Origin: Candidatus Saccharimonadota bacterium
GTDB taxonomy: Bacteria > Patescibacteriota > Microgenomatia > UBA1406 > GWC2-37-13
DNA length: 32,000 bases
Reading direction: 5' to 3'
NCBI GenBank assembly: GCA_016699265.1
Contig: CP064967.1
Span: 30,001 to 62,000 of the forward strand
In this document: piece by piece, positions 8,146-15,286 of the stretch
How positions within the stretch are numbered: position 1 is the stretch's first letter
Layout: every line of letters begins with the position of its first letter
Program-made: the position numbers and the translations under genes
Notes under the pieces: model-generated
What the model was told of the DNA's origin: nothing
Seen by the model: only the letters and a program-made list of their open reading frames with translations
Database searches by the model: none

Positions 8146-9061
8146 CTAGTTTTTTCTCCTCAGTTACAATCTTCTTAAGAACATCAGCAATATTTCGTGG
8201 ATTCTCAGGGTCCACAAATATGGCTGTGTCTCCGGCGGTTTCATGAAAGATATCTATATCGGATAATATTGACGACGTCTTTTGAGAGGCGGCCTCAACA
8301 TAAGAAAATCCAAGTCCTTCTTCTCGAGAAACGAGTATGTTTGCTACAGAGTTTTTATATAAAATCTTCAGATCCTCGTCAGAAACAAATCCAGGGAAGA
8401 TAAATCTTTTATCGTTTTTCGCTAAGTTCATAAATTCGTGAAACTCCTTTGTCCAGCTGTTTAGAGGAACTTCGTCTATGAAGGTCTTCCCAACAAAGAC
8501 ACAGGTTGCATCCGCCATCTGTACTGCTTTAGCAAGATTTACGAGATTCTTGTTCCAGGTAACGTCGCCGACATAGATGAAGTATTTGGTATTTGGCATT
8601 TGGTATTTAGTATTTTCCGTAGCCTGGGAGGAGAAGGTTTTAGGCAGTGTGGGGAATACTACTCGGACTCCGTTCTTGCGAAGGGGTAGCTGTTTGAGGA
8701 TGTTTTTCTGACTGACTTCTGAGTCGGTTACAATCAGGTCGTAATTTTTTAAAGAACGTTTATTTTTCCATACATTTATCGCTCCCCTTACTCCTATGGG
8801 GAAATGTTTGGGAAATTGAAGGGGAATTACATCGTGGATTACGCCAATCTGTATTTTGGCAAGGCGCTTATTAACTACGGGTGTTTGAACGAGGTTTATA
8901 AAAGGATTAATAAATACTGAGTCGTATGGGATTTTAGATGTGTCTGAGGTAAAAACAACGTCTTTAGGAAGGGTCTCTTTCAGTGTCTGCACAAACCTTC
9001 CGATGCCTCGTACTTTGCTTTGGGAATCGGTAGCTGTTGGGTCGTAGATAAAGGTGTCCAT
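8048..9061 (-). CDS. Glycosyltransferase family 4-like
   Basis: Shows GIGRFVQTL near the N-terminus and EEGLGFSYVEAAS (GT-B E-x7-E region). The longest ORF starts at 9112. ATG 9061 lies 7 nt after TACAAT (9069-9074, minus strand). The 3' end overlaps tatD by 98 nt. Confidence 0.7.
   Translation of the reverse strand: MDTFIYDPTATDSQSKVRGIGRFVQTLKETLPKDVVFTSDTSKIPYDSVFINPFINLVQTPVVNKRLAKIQIGVIHDVIPLQFPKHFPIGVRGAINVWKNKRSLKNYDLIVTDSEVSQKNILKQLPLRKNGVRVVFPTLPKTFSSQATENTKYQMPNTKYFIYVGDVTWNKNLVNLAKAVQMADATCVFVGKTFIDEVPLNSWTKEFHEFMNLAKNDKRFIFPGFVSDEDLKILYKNSVANILVSREEGLGFSYVEAASQKTSSILSDIDIFHETAGDTAIFVDPENPRNIADVLKKIVTEEKKLATLGQKAFERWQSLFEPTDRWADLLTSLQTQQ
8583..8617. repeat. 5 x 7-nt tandem repeat inside the glycosyltransferase gene
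   Basis: TATTTGG TATTTGG CATTTGG TATTTAG TATTTTC. Confidence 0.8.
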
Positions 9062-9081
9062 GTATTTCATTGTACCACTTG

Positions 9082-9109
9082 TTGATTTTGAAGCTATTTT
9101 TGATATAAT
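9082..9109 (+). promoter_or_regulatory. Promoter TTGATT-16-(TGa)TATAAT for the 9129 operon
   Basis: TTGATT at 9082-9087 and an extended -10 TGaTATAAT at 9101-9109. The ATG follows after 19 nt. Confidence 0.65.
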
Positions 9110-9128
9110 CATTCCTTAAAATATTCAT

Positions 9129-10304
9129 ATGGCAGCAGAAAGTCAACCAATACAACGAGAACCATTGCGAGTTACGCCGGACCAACTCATCGATTCAAAT
9201 CAATCTCCTATTTCGAATGAGCGAATAGCAGCTTATAAATCTGCGAAAGATGATGGTAAGCTAGTTCTATTCAAACTATGTGCAGATGCTCGGTCTGGTC
9301 CTTCTCTTTTTAACTTCGATGCTGCAGCGGTTGATAGATCGATTGCTGCAAGTGTAAGTCCAACAGAATATGGAGATGCAATACGACATCATGGAGTCGG
9401 TGCTATTGTTATTGCGCCACACTTCGACGGGATTAAGTCCGAAGACCAAGGATTCTTTAATGGGTGTGGAGGTCAGGACGCATTTAGAACTATGCATAAT
9501 CACGAACCAAATATGGACGGTATCCCAGACCCTGATGTGGCCCATTACCTAAGACAGAATATTTCGAGTGAGAATCCTTTCGTTCAGGCTTTTCGACTCA
9601 AGGATCAAGTAATGCGGCAGTTTCTCATACAGGGAGAAGATCATTATAAGCCAATCATGTTAGGTGCGATCGATCACAGAACGGGATTGTTTATTCCAGT
9701 TTGGTTTAGCGGTCGAGATGATCGTGGAAGATATGTTACGACGAGTACTTTGCAAAGTCATCATATACAAAACCCAGAATATATCACTCCAGAAAATGTT
9801 CTTCAGTTTGATCCGGAGGAGCTTCCTGAAATATTCAGAGAGGTGCTTGAAAGTAATAGGCGGTTTGTTGCCAGTCGCCCTGAACTGAAAGAGACTCAGA
9901 GAGTACAAAACCCAGACGTTATTGTTGTTACTACGGCCCTTATGCCTCTCCGCAATAGATATGCAAATCTTTTTGATACTCCAAATACGGTATTTGTTGT
10001 TGGGGCGCCGGCAAGCGCCAATGCAGTGGGAAATGGAGAATTGCATGTCACCGATCCTGGACTCATTCTCGACCAGGTTTCCTACCCTGTTGAACATGCT
10101 GTCTCAGCGTATGATGTAGACTCTCCATTTAAAGACACGAGAACCATCATATTTGAAACAGGCGCGATGGCAGAGTCCGTAATACTTGCAGATGAATTCG
10201 TAAAAAGACCATGGGCACAAGACTGGCTCAATGAAGGTGGAAGCATGATCATAGCCGAAACAAAATCTGCAGTTACTACCAAAGCCTTCGTACTTCAATC
10301 CTAA
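9129..10304 (+). CDS. Uncharacterised protein with a divergent beta-carbonic-anhydrase-like N-terminal domain
   Basis: Shows LCADAR (C51-x-D53-x-R55), then EYGDAIRHHGVGAIVIAPH(98)..14 aa..GC(113)GG. This mirrors the beta-CA CxDxR / GHxxCG zinc-site order. The C-terminal roughly 200 aa are unrecognised. Confidence 0.55.
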   Translation: MAAESQPIQREPLRVTPDQLIDSNQSPISNERIAAYKSAKDDGKLVLFKLCADARSGPSLFNFDAAAVDRSIAASVSPTEYGDAIRHHGVGAIVIAPHFDGIKSEDQGFFNGCGGQDAFRTMHNHEPNMDGIPDPDVAHYLRQNISSENPFVQAFRLKDQVMRQFLIQGEDHYKPIMLGAIDHRTGLFIPVWFSGRDDRGRYVTTSTLQSHHIQNPEYITPENVLQFDPEELPEIFREVLESNRRFVASRPELKETQRVQNPDVIVVTTALMPLRNRYANLFDTPNTVFVVGAPASANAVGNGELHVTDPGLILDQVSYPVEHAVSAYDVDSPFKDTRTIIFETGAMAESVILADEFVKRPWAQDWLNEGGSMIIAETKSAVTTKAFVLQS

Positions 10305-10312
10305 TACTTACT

Positions 10313-11080
10313 ATGCCAAAAACTCATCTACAACACTCAGAGGTAAGAAGCTGGATTAAAAAAAATACCTATTCGATTAAACCTTCAAAGAAATTCATAT
10401 CCCGTTGCATCGATGGAAGGTATGAGAATGCTCCCGATCTCCCCGCTTTAGCTATTCCAGGTGGCGATGCAGGACAGCTCGCTATTTTGTTTGCAACTGC
10501 GAATAGACACAAGATAAAGCTCGACTATATGAAGTCGTGGAAAGCTATCTGTAAGGTGGTTGGCGGAAAGCAAAATATACGTTTCCACACAGACTCACAT
10601 GCTCCAAAGAAGAAAATCGCGGGTGGTTGTGGTCATATTAAGCTGAAGAGTTTGAATCCAAAACTTTATGGATTGAAGACGAGTCAGGTCACTTTTATAA
10701 AAAAGTGTTGCAAAGAAGCACTGTCAAAACATAAGTTTATCCAAGTAAAGTTAAATGGAGACCATAAAGAAGGAGCGGTCTTGACCATCAATGGGAACTA
10801 TGGGGTATACCCCCAATTTAAGGGTAAACAATTATTTATTGTTCATCTGTCCCTCATTAATAGCAGGCATAAAGAATTAGCAAAAGTTCTCGTGAAAACA
10901 AAGGCGGTACAACTTCATGCGGGACAAACAGTGAAGTACTTACATAAGGCACTCGACGAGACTCATGGAAAACATCTGATGCTCACTGCTAAGGCGCTTG
11001 CGAACGGACTACCCATTTTTAATGTCACTTTCAAAACAAGATCTTCGTTTAAGGTTGAAAAGGCAGGAAAAGTAGCATAG
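10313..11080 (+). CDS. Uncharacterised protein with a second beta-carbonic-anhydrase-like motif set
   Basis: Shows CIDGR, AIPGGDAG and RFHTDSH..9 aa..GGCGH. This resembles the Cab-type beta-CA CxDxR and HTDCG motifs with an insertion. Start lies 8 nt after the previous stop. Confidence 0.5.
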   Translation: MPKTHLQHSEVRSWIKKNTYSIKPSKKFISRCIDGRYENAPDLPALAIPGGDAGQLAILFATANRHKIKLDYMKSWKAICKVVGGKQNIRFHTDSHAPKKKIAGGCGHIKLKSLNPKLYGLKTSQVTFIKKCCKEALSKHKFIQVKLNGDHKEGAVLTINGNYGVYPQFKGKQLFIVHLSLINSRHKELAKVLVKTKAVQLHAGQTVKYLHKALDETHGKHLMLTAKALANGLPIFNVTFKTRSSFKVEKAGKVA

Positions 11081-11092
11081 AATCGCTCCTGA

Positions 11093-11698
11093 ATGAAAAG
11101 AAGAGATAGAGATCTAGAATTTTTGAACGAAATTGGTACCCTGAGATTTATAAAACGCTCATGGATCCAGTTTTTGAGATCGGATGTTGCAAGTATTTCT
11201 GAGCACATGTTTCGTATGGCATGGATCGCTCTCGTAATTGCAAAGCACGAGAAGGTAAAGGACACGGGTAAGATTTTGAAGATGGTCTTAGTTCACGATA
11301 TAACCGAGAGTAGAACGGGCGATCCACATTATGTGTCTAGACAGTATGTGAAGATCGACGAGGAGCTAGCGATCGATGATATGCTCGAAGGCACGGCTCT
11401 GAAGGACGAGTTTAAGGCACTGTGGAAGGAGTATGAGGAGAGAAAAAGCATTGAGTCGAAGATTGTAAAGGATGCAGACAACCTTGATGTAGATATGGAA
11501 CTCAGAGATTATGCGGGTAGAGATAAACAGTTATATACTAAGTGGCGGCCAACACGAACTGCGGTATATAAGCGTTTGTTTACTAAGACCGCAAAGCGTC
11601 TGTGGAAAGAAATTCATACTTCAAATCCACATGACTGGCATATTAACGGGAGAAATCGATTAGTTGCAGGAGACTGGTCCACTAAAAAGCAAAAGTAA
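11093..11698 (+). CDS. HD-domain phosphohydrolase, YfbR-like 5'-deoxynucleotidase
   Basis: Shows SEHMFRMAWIA (His), LVHDITESRTGD (HD) and KDADNLD (Asp). This is the HD metal-site pattern of 5'-nucleotidases. Confidence 0.7.
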   Translation: MKRRDRDLEFLNEIGTLRFIKRSWIQFLRSDVASISEHMFRMAWIALVIAKHEKVKDTGKILKMVLVHDITESRTGDPHYVSRQYVKIDEELAIDDMLEGTALKDEFKALWKEYEERKSIESKIVKDADNLDVDMELRDYAGRDKQLYTKWRPTRTAVYKRLFTKTAKRLWKEIHTSNPHDWHINGRNRLVAGDWSTKKQK

Positions 11699-11702
11699 TT
11701 TC

Positions 11703-11793
11703 TAGTTCTTAGTACTTAGTTCTTAACCAATTAAAAATTTGTAATTAAAAATTAAAACTTGAATAAAAACTAAAAAATAAAAATTAAGAATTA
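11703..11793. repeat. Heptamer-phased AT-rich tract filling the HD/dcd intergenic spacer
   Basis: TAGTTCT TAGTACT TAGTTCT TAACCAA TTAAAAA TTTGTAA TTAAAAA TTAAAAC TTGAATA AAAACTA AAAAATA AAAATTA AGAATTA. Confidence 0.65.
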
Positions 11794-11798
11794 AATAT

Positions 11799-12338
11799 AT
11801 GGTTATCGGACCAAAGATATTACTAAAACTAGTTAAGGAAAAAAAACTTGTCAAAAATCTTGACAAGCGAGAGCTTACTAATCCAGAGGGTGCTGGATTT
11901 GATCTACGATTCAACGAATTGTTTGAGATCGAGGGCAATGCATTTCTTGGTGTGAAGGAAAGGCAGACGCCAACTATAAAGAAGCTTCTAGGGTATATAA
12001 AAGGAAAAAAACAGTCGGTCACTATTCTTCCAGGAGCCTTTTATTTAATGACTACTATCGAGGAAGTTAATCTTCCTCAGGATATTACGGTCAACTTTAA
12101 GCCAAGGACCACAACCTTTCGAAGCGGACTATTTATAAGATCTGGAAATGTAGCGCCGGGTTACAAAGGCAAGCTTACCTTTGCCGTAAAGAGTGAAGGG
12201 CCAGTTGCTATTACGTTGGAGCCGGGTTGCCGCATCATTCACGCCCAATTTCAATGGGTGGATGGTGGTGGCTCTATGTACCGCGGTCAGTGGCAAGGTG
12301 GAAGAGTGACGACTGACAAGAAGGAAACGCAGGTATAA
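11799..12338 (+). CDS. dcd: dCTP deaminase / dUTPase-superfamily protein
   Basis: Shows GAGFDLR, PRTTTFRSGLFIRSGNVAPGYKGKLTFAVKSEGPVAITLEPGCRIIHAQF and a C-terminal MYRGQWQGG tail, typical of the Dcd family. Confidence 0.65.
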   Translation: MVIGPKILLKLVKEKKLVKNLDKRELTNPEGAGFDLRFNELFEIEGNAFLGVKERQTPTIKKLLGYIKGKKQSVTILPGAFYLMTTIEEVNLPQDITVNFKPRTTTFRSGLFIRSGNVAPGYKGKLTFAVKSEGPVAITLEPGCRIIHAQFQWVDGGGSMYRGQWQGGRVTTDKKETQV

Positions 12339-12367
12339 GGTATTTCGTATAATGTATAACGTATGAA
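12333..12367 (+). repeat. 5 x GTATNNN heptamer array spanning the dcd stop, the thyA -10 box and the thyA start
   Basis: GTATAAG GTATTTC GTATAAT GTATAAC GTATGAA. The TAA stop is at 12336-12338 and the ATG at 12363. Confidence 0.8.
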
Positions 12368-13328
12368 GCTCCAGACAAACCCAGAATATCAGTATTTAAA
12401 TCTACTTCAGGACATTTTGGACAATGGTGAAGAGCAAACTGACCGTGGGACTAGTGTCAAGACTTACAGCGTTTTTGGACGGCAGATTCGCTTCGACTTA
12501 ACGAAGGACTTCCCTCTTCTTACAACAAAAAAAGTCTACTGGAAGGGAGTGCTTCACGAGCTGTACTGGTTTTTATCTGGGCAGTCAAACATTAAGTATC
12601 TGGTCGACAACAATGTACATATATGGGACGACTATCCTTATAAAATATATAAATCGAAAAATAAAAACACCTCATTAACAAAAGACGAGTTTATTCAAAA
12701 GATTGCGACTGATAAGAAGTTTGCAAAGAGCTGGGGAGAGCTACCCCACATATACGGCGAGATGTGGAGAAGATGGCCAGCGAAGGATGGTAGATCTGTA
12801 GACCAGTTAGCTTGGGTCATAAAGGAGCTACAAGAGGATCCGAATGCCCATAACACTCTCGTTAACTCCTGGAATCCAGAATATCTTTACACAATGGCAA
12901 AACCCGGTAAAGGAGCAAGATTTCCAATCTGTCACAATATGTATCAGGTAAACATAAAAAATGAAAAGGTCTGTCTTCAACTTTATCAACGTAGTGCCGA
13001 TATTTTTCTTGGTGTTCCTTTTAACATTGCGAGTTACGCGCTATTAACAGTAATAATCGCAAAGATTCTTGGACGTGAACCAGGTGAGTTCGTGCACACT
13101 TTTGGAGATGTGCATATATATGAGAATCATTTTGATGCGGTGAAGGAGCAGTTAAAAAGAAAACCTATGCCATTCCCGAAGCTAAGCATCAAAGGTAAGA
13201 ATGTGACATTAAGTTCGTTTAGGCCCGAGATGGTTATACTTGAGGACTATCAAGCCCACCCACCCATTAAAGCAGAGCTCACCGTTGCCGGAGGACTATT
13301 TGAAGGGAAGCATACGAGTAGCTCTTAG
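12363..13328 (+). CDS. thyA: Thymidylate synthase (ThyA type)
   Basis: Shows DRGTSVKTYSVFG, LHELYWFLSG, catalytic FPICH, YQRSADIFLGVPFNIASYALL and GDVHIYENH. Confidence 0.9.
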   Translation: MKLQTNPEYQYLNLLQDILDNGEEQTDRGTSVKTYSVFGRQIRFDLTKDFPLLTTKKVYWKGVLHELYWFLSGQSNIKYLVDNNVHIWDDYPYKIYKSKNKNTSLTKDEFIQKIATDKKFAKSWGELPHIYGEMWRRWPAKDGRSVDQLAWVIKELQEDPNAHNTLVNSWNPEYLYTMAKPGKGARFPICHNMYQVNIKNEKVCLQLYQRSADIFLGVPFNIASYALLTVIIAKILGREPGEFVHTFGDVHIYENHFDAVKEQLKRKPMPFPKLSIKGKNVTLSSFRPEMVILEDYQAHPPIKAELTVAGGLFEGKHTSSS

Positions 13329-13410
13329 TTTTTATTTCGAATTTTTTATTCAGCTTGAAATATTAAAAACTTATATTTGATTACAAAATAAAAACTTCAA
13401 AATTCAAACT

Positions 13411-13911
13411 ATGACAAGAATAAGTGCAATTGCCGCTATCGCTGAGAAGTCTAGGGCTCTAGGAAAGGATAATGAGCTTCTTTGGCGCATCTCTAGCGAT
13501 CTGAAAAGAGTGCGAGAATTGACCATGGGTCACCCGATCATCATGGGTAGAAAGACCATGGAACATATTGTTGCGACAGCAGGAAAAGCCCTCTCTGGAA
13601 GGACAAACATTGTTGTTACGCGAGACAAAGATCTAAAAAAAGATGGATTTGTTGTGGTTAATTCATTTCCGGAAGCATTAGAGATGGCCCAAAAATCTCC
13701 TGGCCCAGAGGAGGTTTTTGTTTTTGGAGGAGCGCAGATGTATCAACTAGCGTTACCACGCATACATAGACTTTATTTAACTGTAGTACAGGACGATCCA
13801 CAGGCTGACGCATTCTTTCCTGATTACTCTGAGTTCAAGACGGTAGTCGAAAAGAGCGAAGAAATGGATGATAATGGACTCAAGTATTACTACCTTACTT
13901 TAGAAAGGTGA
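13411..13911 (+). CDS. folA: Dihydrofolate reductase
   Basis: Shows ISAIAAIA..LGKDNELLW, DLKRVRELTMGHPIIMGRKT and VFGGAQMY. Confidence 0.85.
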   Translation: MTRISAIAAIAEKSRALGKDNELLWRISSDLKRVRELTMGHPIIMGRKTMEHIVATAGKALSGRTNIVVTRDKDLKKDGFVVVNSFPEALEMAQKSPGPEEVFVFGGAQMYQLALPRIHRLYLTVVQDDPQADAFFPDYSEFKTVVEKSEEMDDNGLKYYYLTLER

Positions 13912-14308
13912 GCGTATTGTCGATAAGAGTCTGTAGAGACTTGTCTACTGTGAAGAATGTTTGTTTTCCCGTATAAGGATTTAACTTAGCGCTTCCAGAT
14001 CCATTCTTGTCACAGGTAAATGATAGAACCGTGTTTGAATTCTCCTCGAAGATCGCCGATACGCTAGACTCCTTAATTTTTTTGAGCGTATCCGGAATAA
14101 CGAAAGATATTTTACACAGTTTATGTGTGAACATGCTGTATTTGACCTGCTTGGGCTGAGTTGTTGGTTGGGGTAGTGGCGTAAGGCTGAAATTATAGGC
14201 ATTCTGTTTATTAGTACTTTCTACATGCTGCCCGTAACGTACTCCGACGATAAAGACGAGCACTGCAGTAAGGCCGAATAAGAGTGCTAGTGGTGCTCTA
14301 TTTTTCAT
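13895..14308 (-). CDS. Hypothetical N-terminally membrane-anchored protein
   Basis: Shows MKNRAPLALLFGLTAVLVFIVGV (signal anchor) followed by a Pro/Gln linker and a small extracytoplasmic domain. The longest ORF starts at 14350 inside the upstream gene, so ATG 14308 is preferred. The 3' end overlaps folA by 17 nt. Confidence 0.5.
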   Translation of the reverse strand: MKNRAPLALLFGLTAVLVFIVGVRYGQHVESTNKQNAYNFSLTPLPQPTTQPKQVKYSMFTHKLCKISFVIPDTLKKIKESSVSAIFEENSNTVLSFTCDKNGSGSAKLNPYTGKQTFFTVDKSLQTLIDNTLTFLK

Positions 14309-14909
14309 CTTTATGGTTGGTGGGAACTGATGGTAGAAGCGACGGCTCAATCATGAAAAATTCCACTGCCTTATCGATAGGTTCGTGAGTGAAGAATAGT
14401 TCAATGCGTTTCATTCTATTTACGTCCGGTCCACGCTTTTGAGTATTCCCTAATGCCGAATCACCAAACAGATCTAAAGTTAAGTTTAGATAAATTTGCG
14501 ATAGACGTTCATCTAGGTCGGACGATGTAATGCGAGGATCAAGATGAAAAACATCAAGTAAAAAATCTCTTGTAGGTGAGGGGGTAGAAACTTCTAATGT
14601 TGAGTTTGGCGACTCGGTCGCCACCGGTTTCAACTTAGATCGATGAAATGCCTCTAAGATCTCATGAAGTTGTGCAACTCCAACGCGCGCCTTCTGAGAG
14701 ATCGAACTATCGTTTAACAAAGAAAACCATCTTTCGGTTAAAGCATGTGGAGCAATATTGGTTTTCGGTGGTGCTTGGTAAAAGTCTGTGTATAGCTGGC
14801 CAACTTCAGCAGCTGTTCGAAGGCGTTGATCATTTGGAAGTTCGTGAAACGGATTTACCTTAGGCAAAACTCTACCAAAGGATGCCTCTCCCGATCTGTC
14901 TGGACTCAT
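14298..14909 (-). CDS. Hypothetical protein, no recognised domain
   Basis: 203-codon ORF. TATAAT (14916-14921, minus strand) lies 6 nt before the ATG. It is transcribed divergently from the rho promoter. Confidence 0.5.
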   Translation of the reverse strand: MSPDRSGEASFGRVLPKVNPFHELPNDQRLRTAAEVGQLYTDFYQAPPKTNIAPHALTERWFSLLNDSSISQKARVGVAQLHEILEAFHRSKLKPVATESPNSTLEVSTPSPTRDFLLDVFHLDPRITSSDLDERLSQIYLNLTLDLFGDSALGNTQKRGPDVNRMKRIELFFTHEPIDKAVEFFMIEPSLLPSVPTNHKDEK

Positions 14910-14943
14910 TCAAATATTATAGCTGTATCGGTCCAAAATACAA

Positions 14944-14972
14944 TTGACATCCCAAAAATGCGACTGTATACT
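14944..14972 (+). promoter_or_regulatory. Consensus promoter TTGACA-17-TATACT upstream of the rho leader
   Basis: TTGACA at 14944-14949, a 17-nt spacer, and TATACT at 14967-14972. No start codon lies nearby, unlike the other promoters in this window. Confidence 0.7.
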
Positions 14973-15076
14973 ACTTTCTGATCCTCCTGATGAGATTAGC
15001 AATTTAAAAACTTTTTCTTTACGCTATCAAATCTATAGGGTAATCCCGACGAAAGTTGCGGAAATGGGGCATCGGT

Positions 15077-15124
15077 CTTTCGATTTCGATCGAAAGCATG
15101 TCTTCCCGTTCCTTTGCAAAGGAA
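15077..15124 (+). promoter_or_regulatory. Two stable hairpins in the rho leader
   Basis: CUUUCGAU-UUCG-AUCGAAAG (15077-15096) is an 8-bp stem with a UUCG tetraloop. UUCCUUUGCAAAGGAA (15109-15124) is a 16-nt perfect palindrome followed by a U-rich stretch. Confidence 0.6.
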
Positions 15125-15230
15125 AAGTTTTACGTTTCTACTTATTGGAGAGGATCATTTTGTATCTTACCTTAATTACTAAATGTCTATTCACCCAACG
15201 AGTTCACGAACTAACGGGTTATTTCTAATT

Positions 15231-15253
15231 CGTTAATGCGTTAATCCGTTGAT
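15231..15253 (+). repeat. Three 8-nt-phased CGTTAAT/CGTTGAT units just upstream of rho
   Basis: CGTTAAT at 15231 and 15239, and CGTTGAT at 15247. Confidence 0.6.
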
Positions 15254-15286
15254 TAGCGACTATATAAATTTTTCTACAGTATAAAT

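Noticed and set aside
9276-10298. Several 60-145-aa ORFs on both strands inside gene 9129-10304 (for example 9660-10097 on the minus strand)
   Set aside because: They are nested in or antisense to a longer ORF with protein-like motifs. They have no promoter or start-codon context and their composition is odd. I treat them as shadow ORFs.
11723-12022. 99-aa minus-strand ORF spanning the heptamer spacer and the 5' end of dcd
   Set aside because: It runs through the AT-rich heptamer repeat tract and antisense to dcd. The translation is low-complexity.
6741-12367. The possibility that the short tandem repeat tracts are CRISPR arrays or minisatellite-borne mobile elements
   Set aside because: The units are only 7 nt with no spacers. 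No cas genes, transposases or terminal inverted repeats are present. They are simple tandem heptamers.
14987-14994. CTGATGAG, which matches the hammerhead ribozyme core
   Set aside because: There is no stem II hairpin followed by GAAA at the required distance, and no matching stem I/III pairing around a cleavage triplet. The nearest GAAA motifs are about 60 nt away. This is most likely a chance match.
14944-15228. 94-aa ORF in the ORF track upstream of rho
   Set aside because: Its start is the TTG of the TTGACA -35 box, so the predicted transcript begins downstream of that codon. The sequence has no protein-like features. Only its last 22 codons (15160-15228), preceded by GGAGAGG, are kept as a possible leader peptide.
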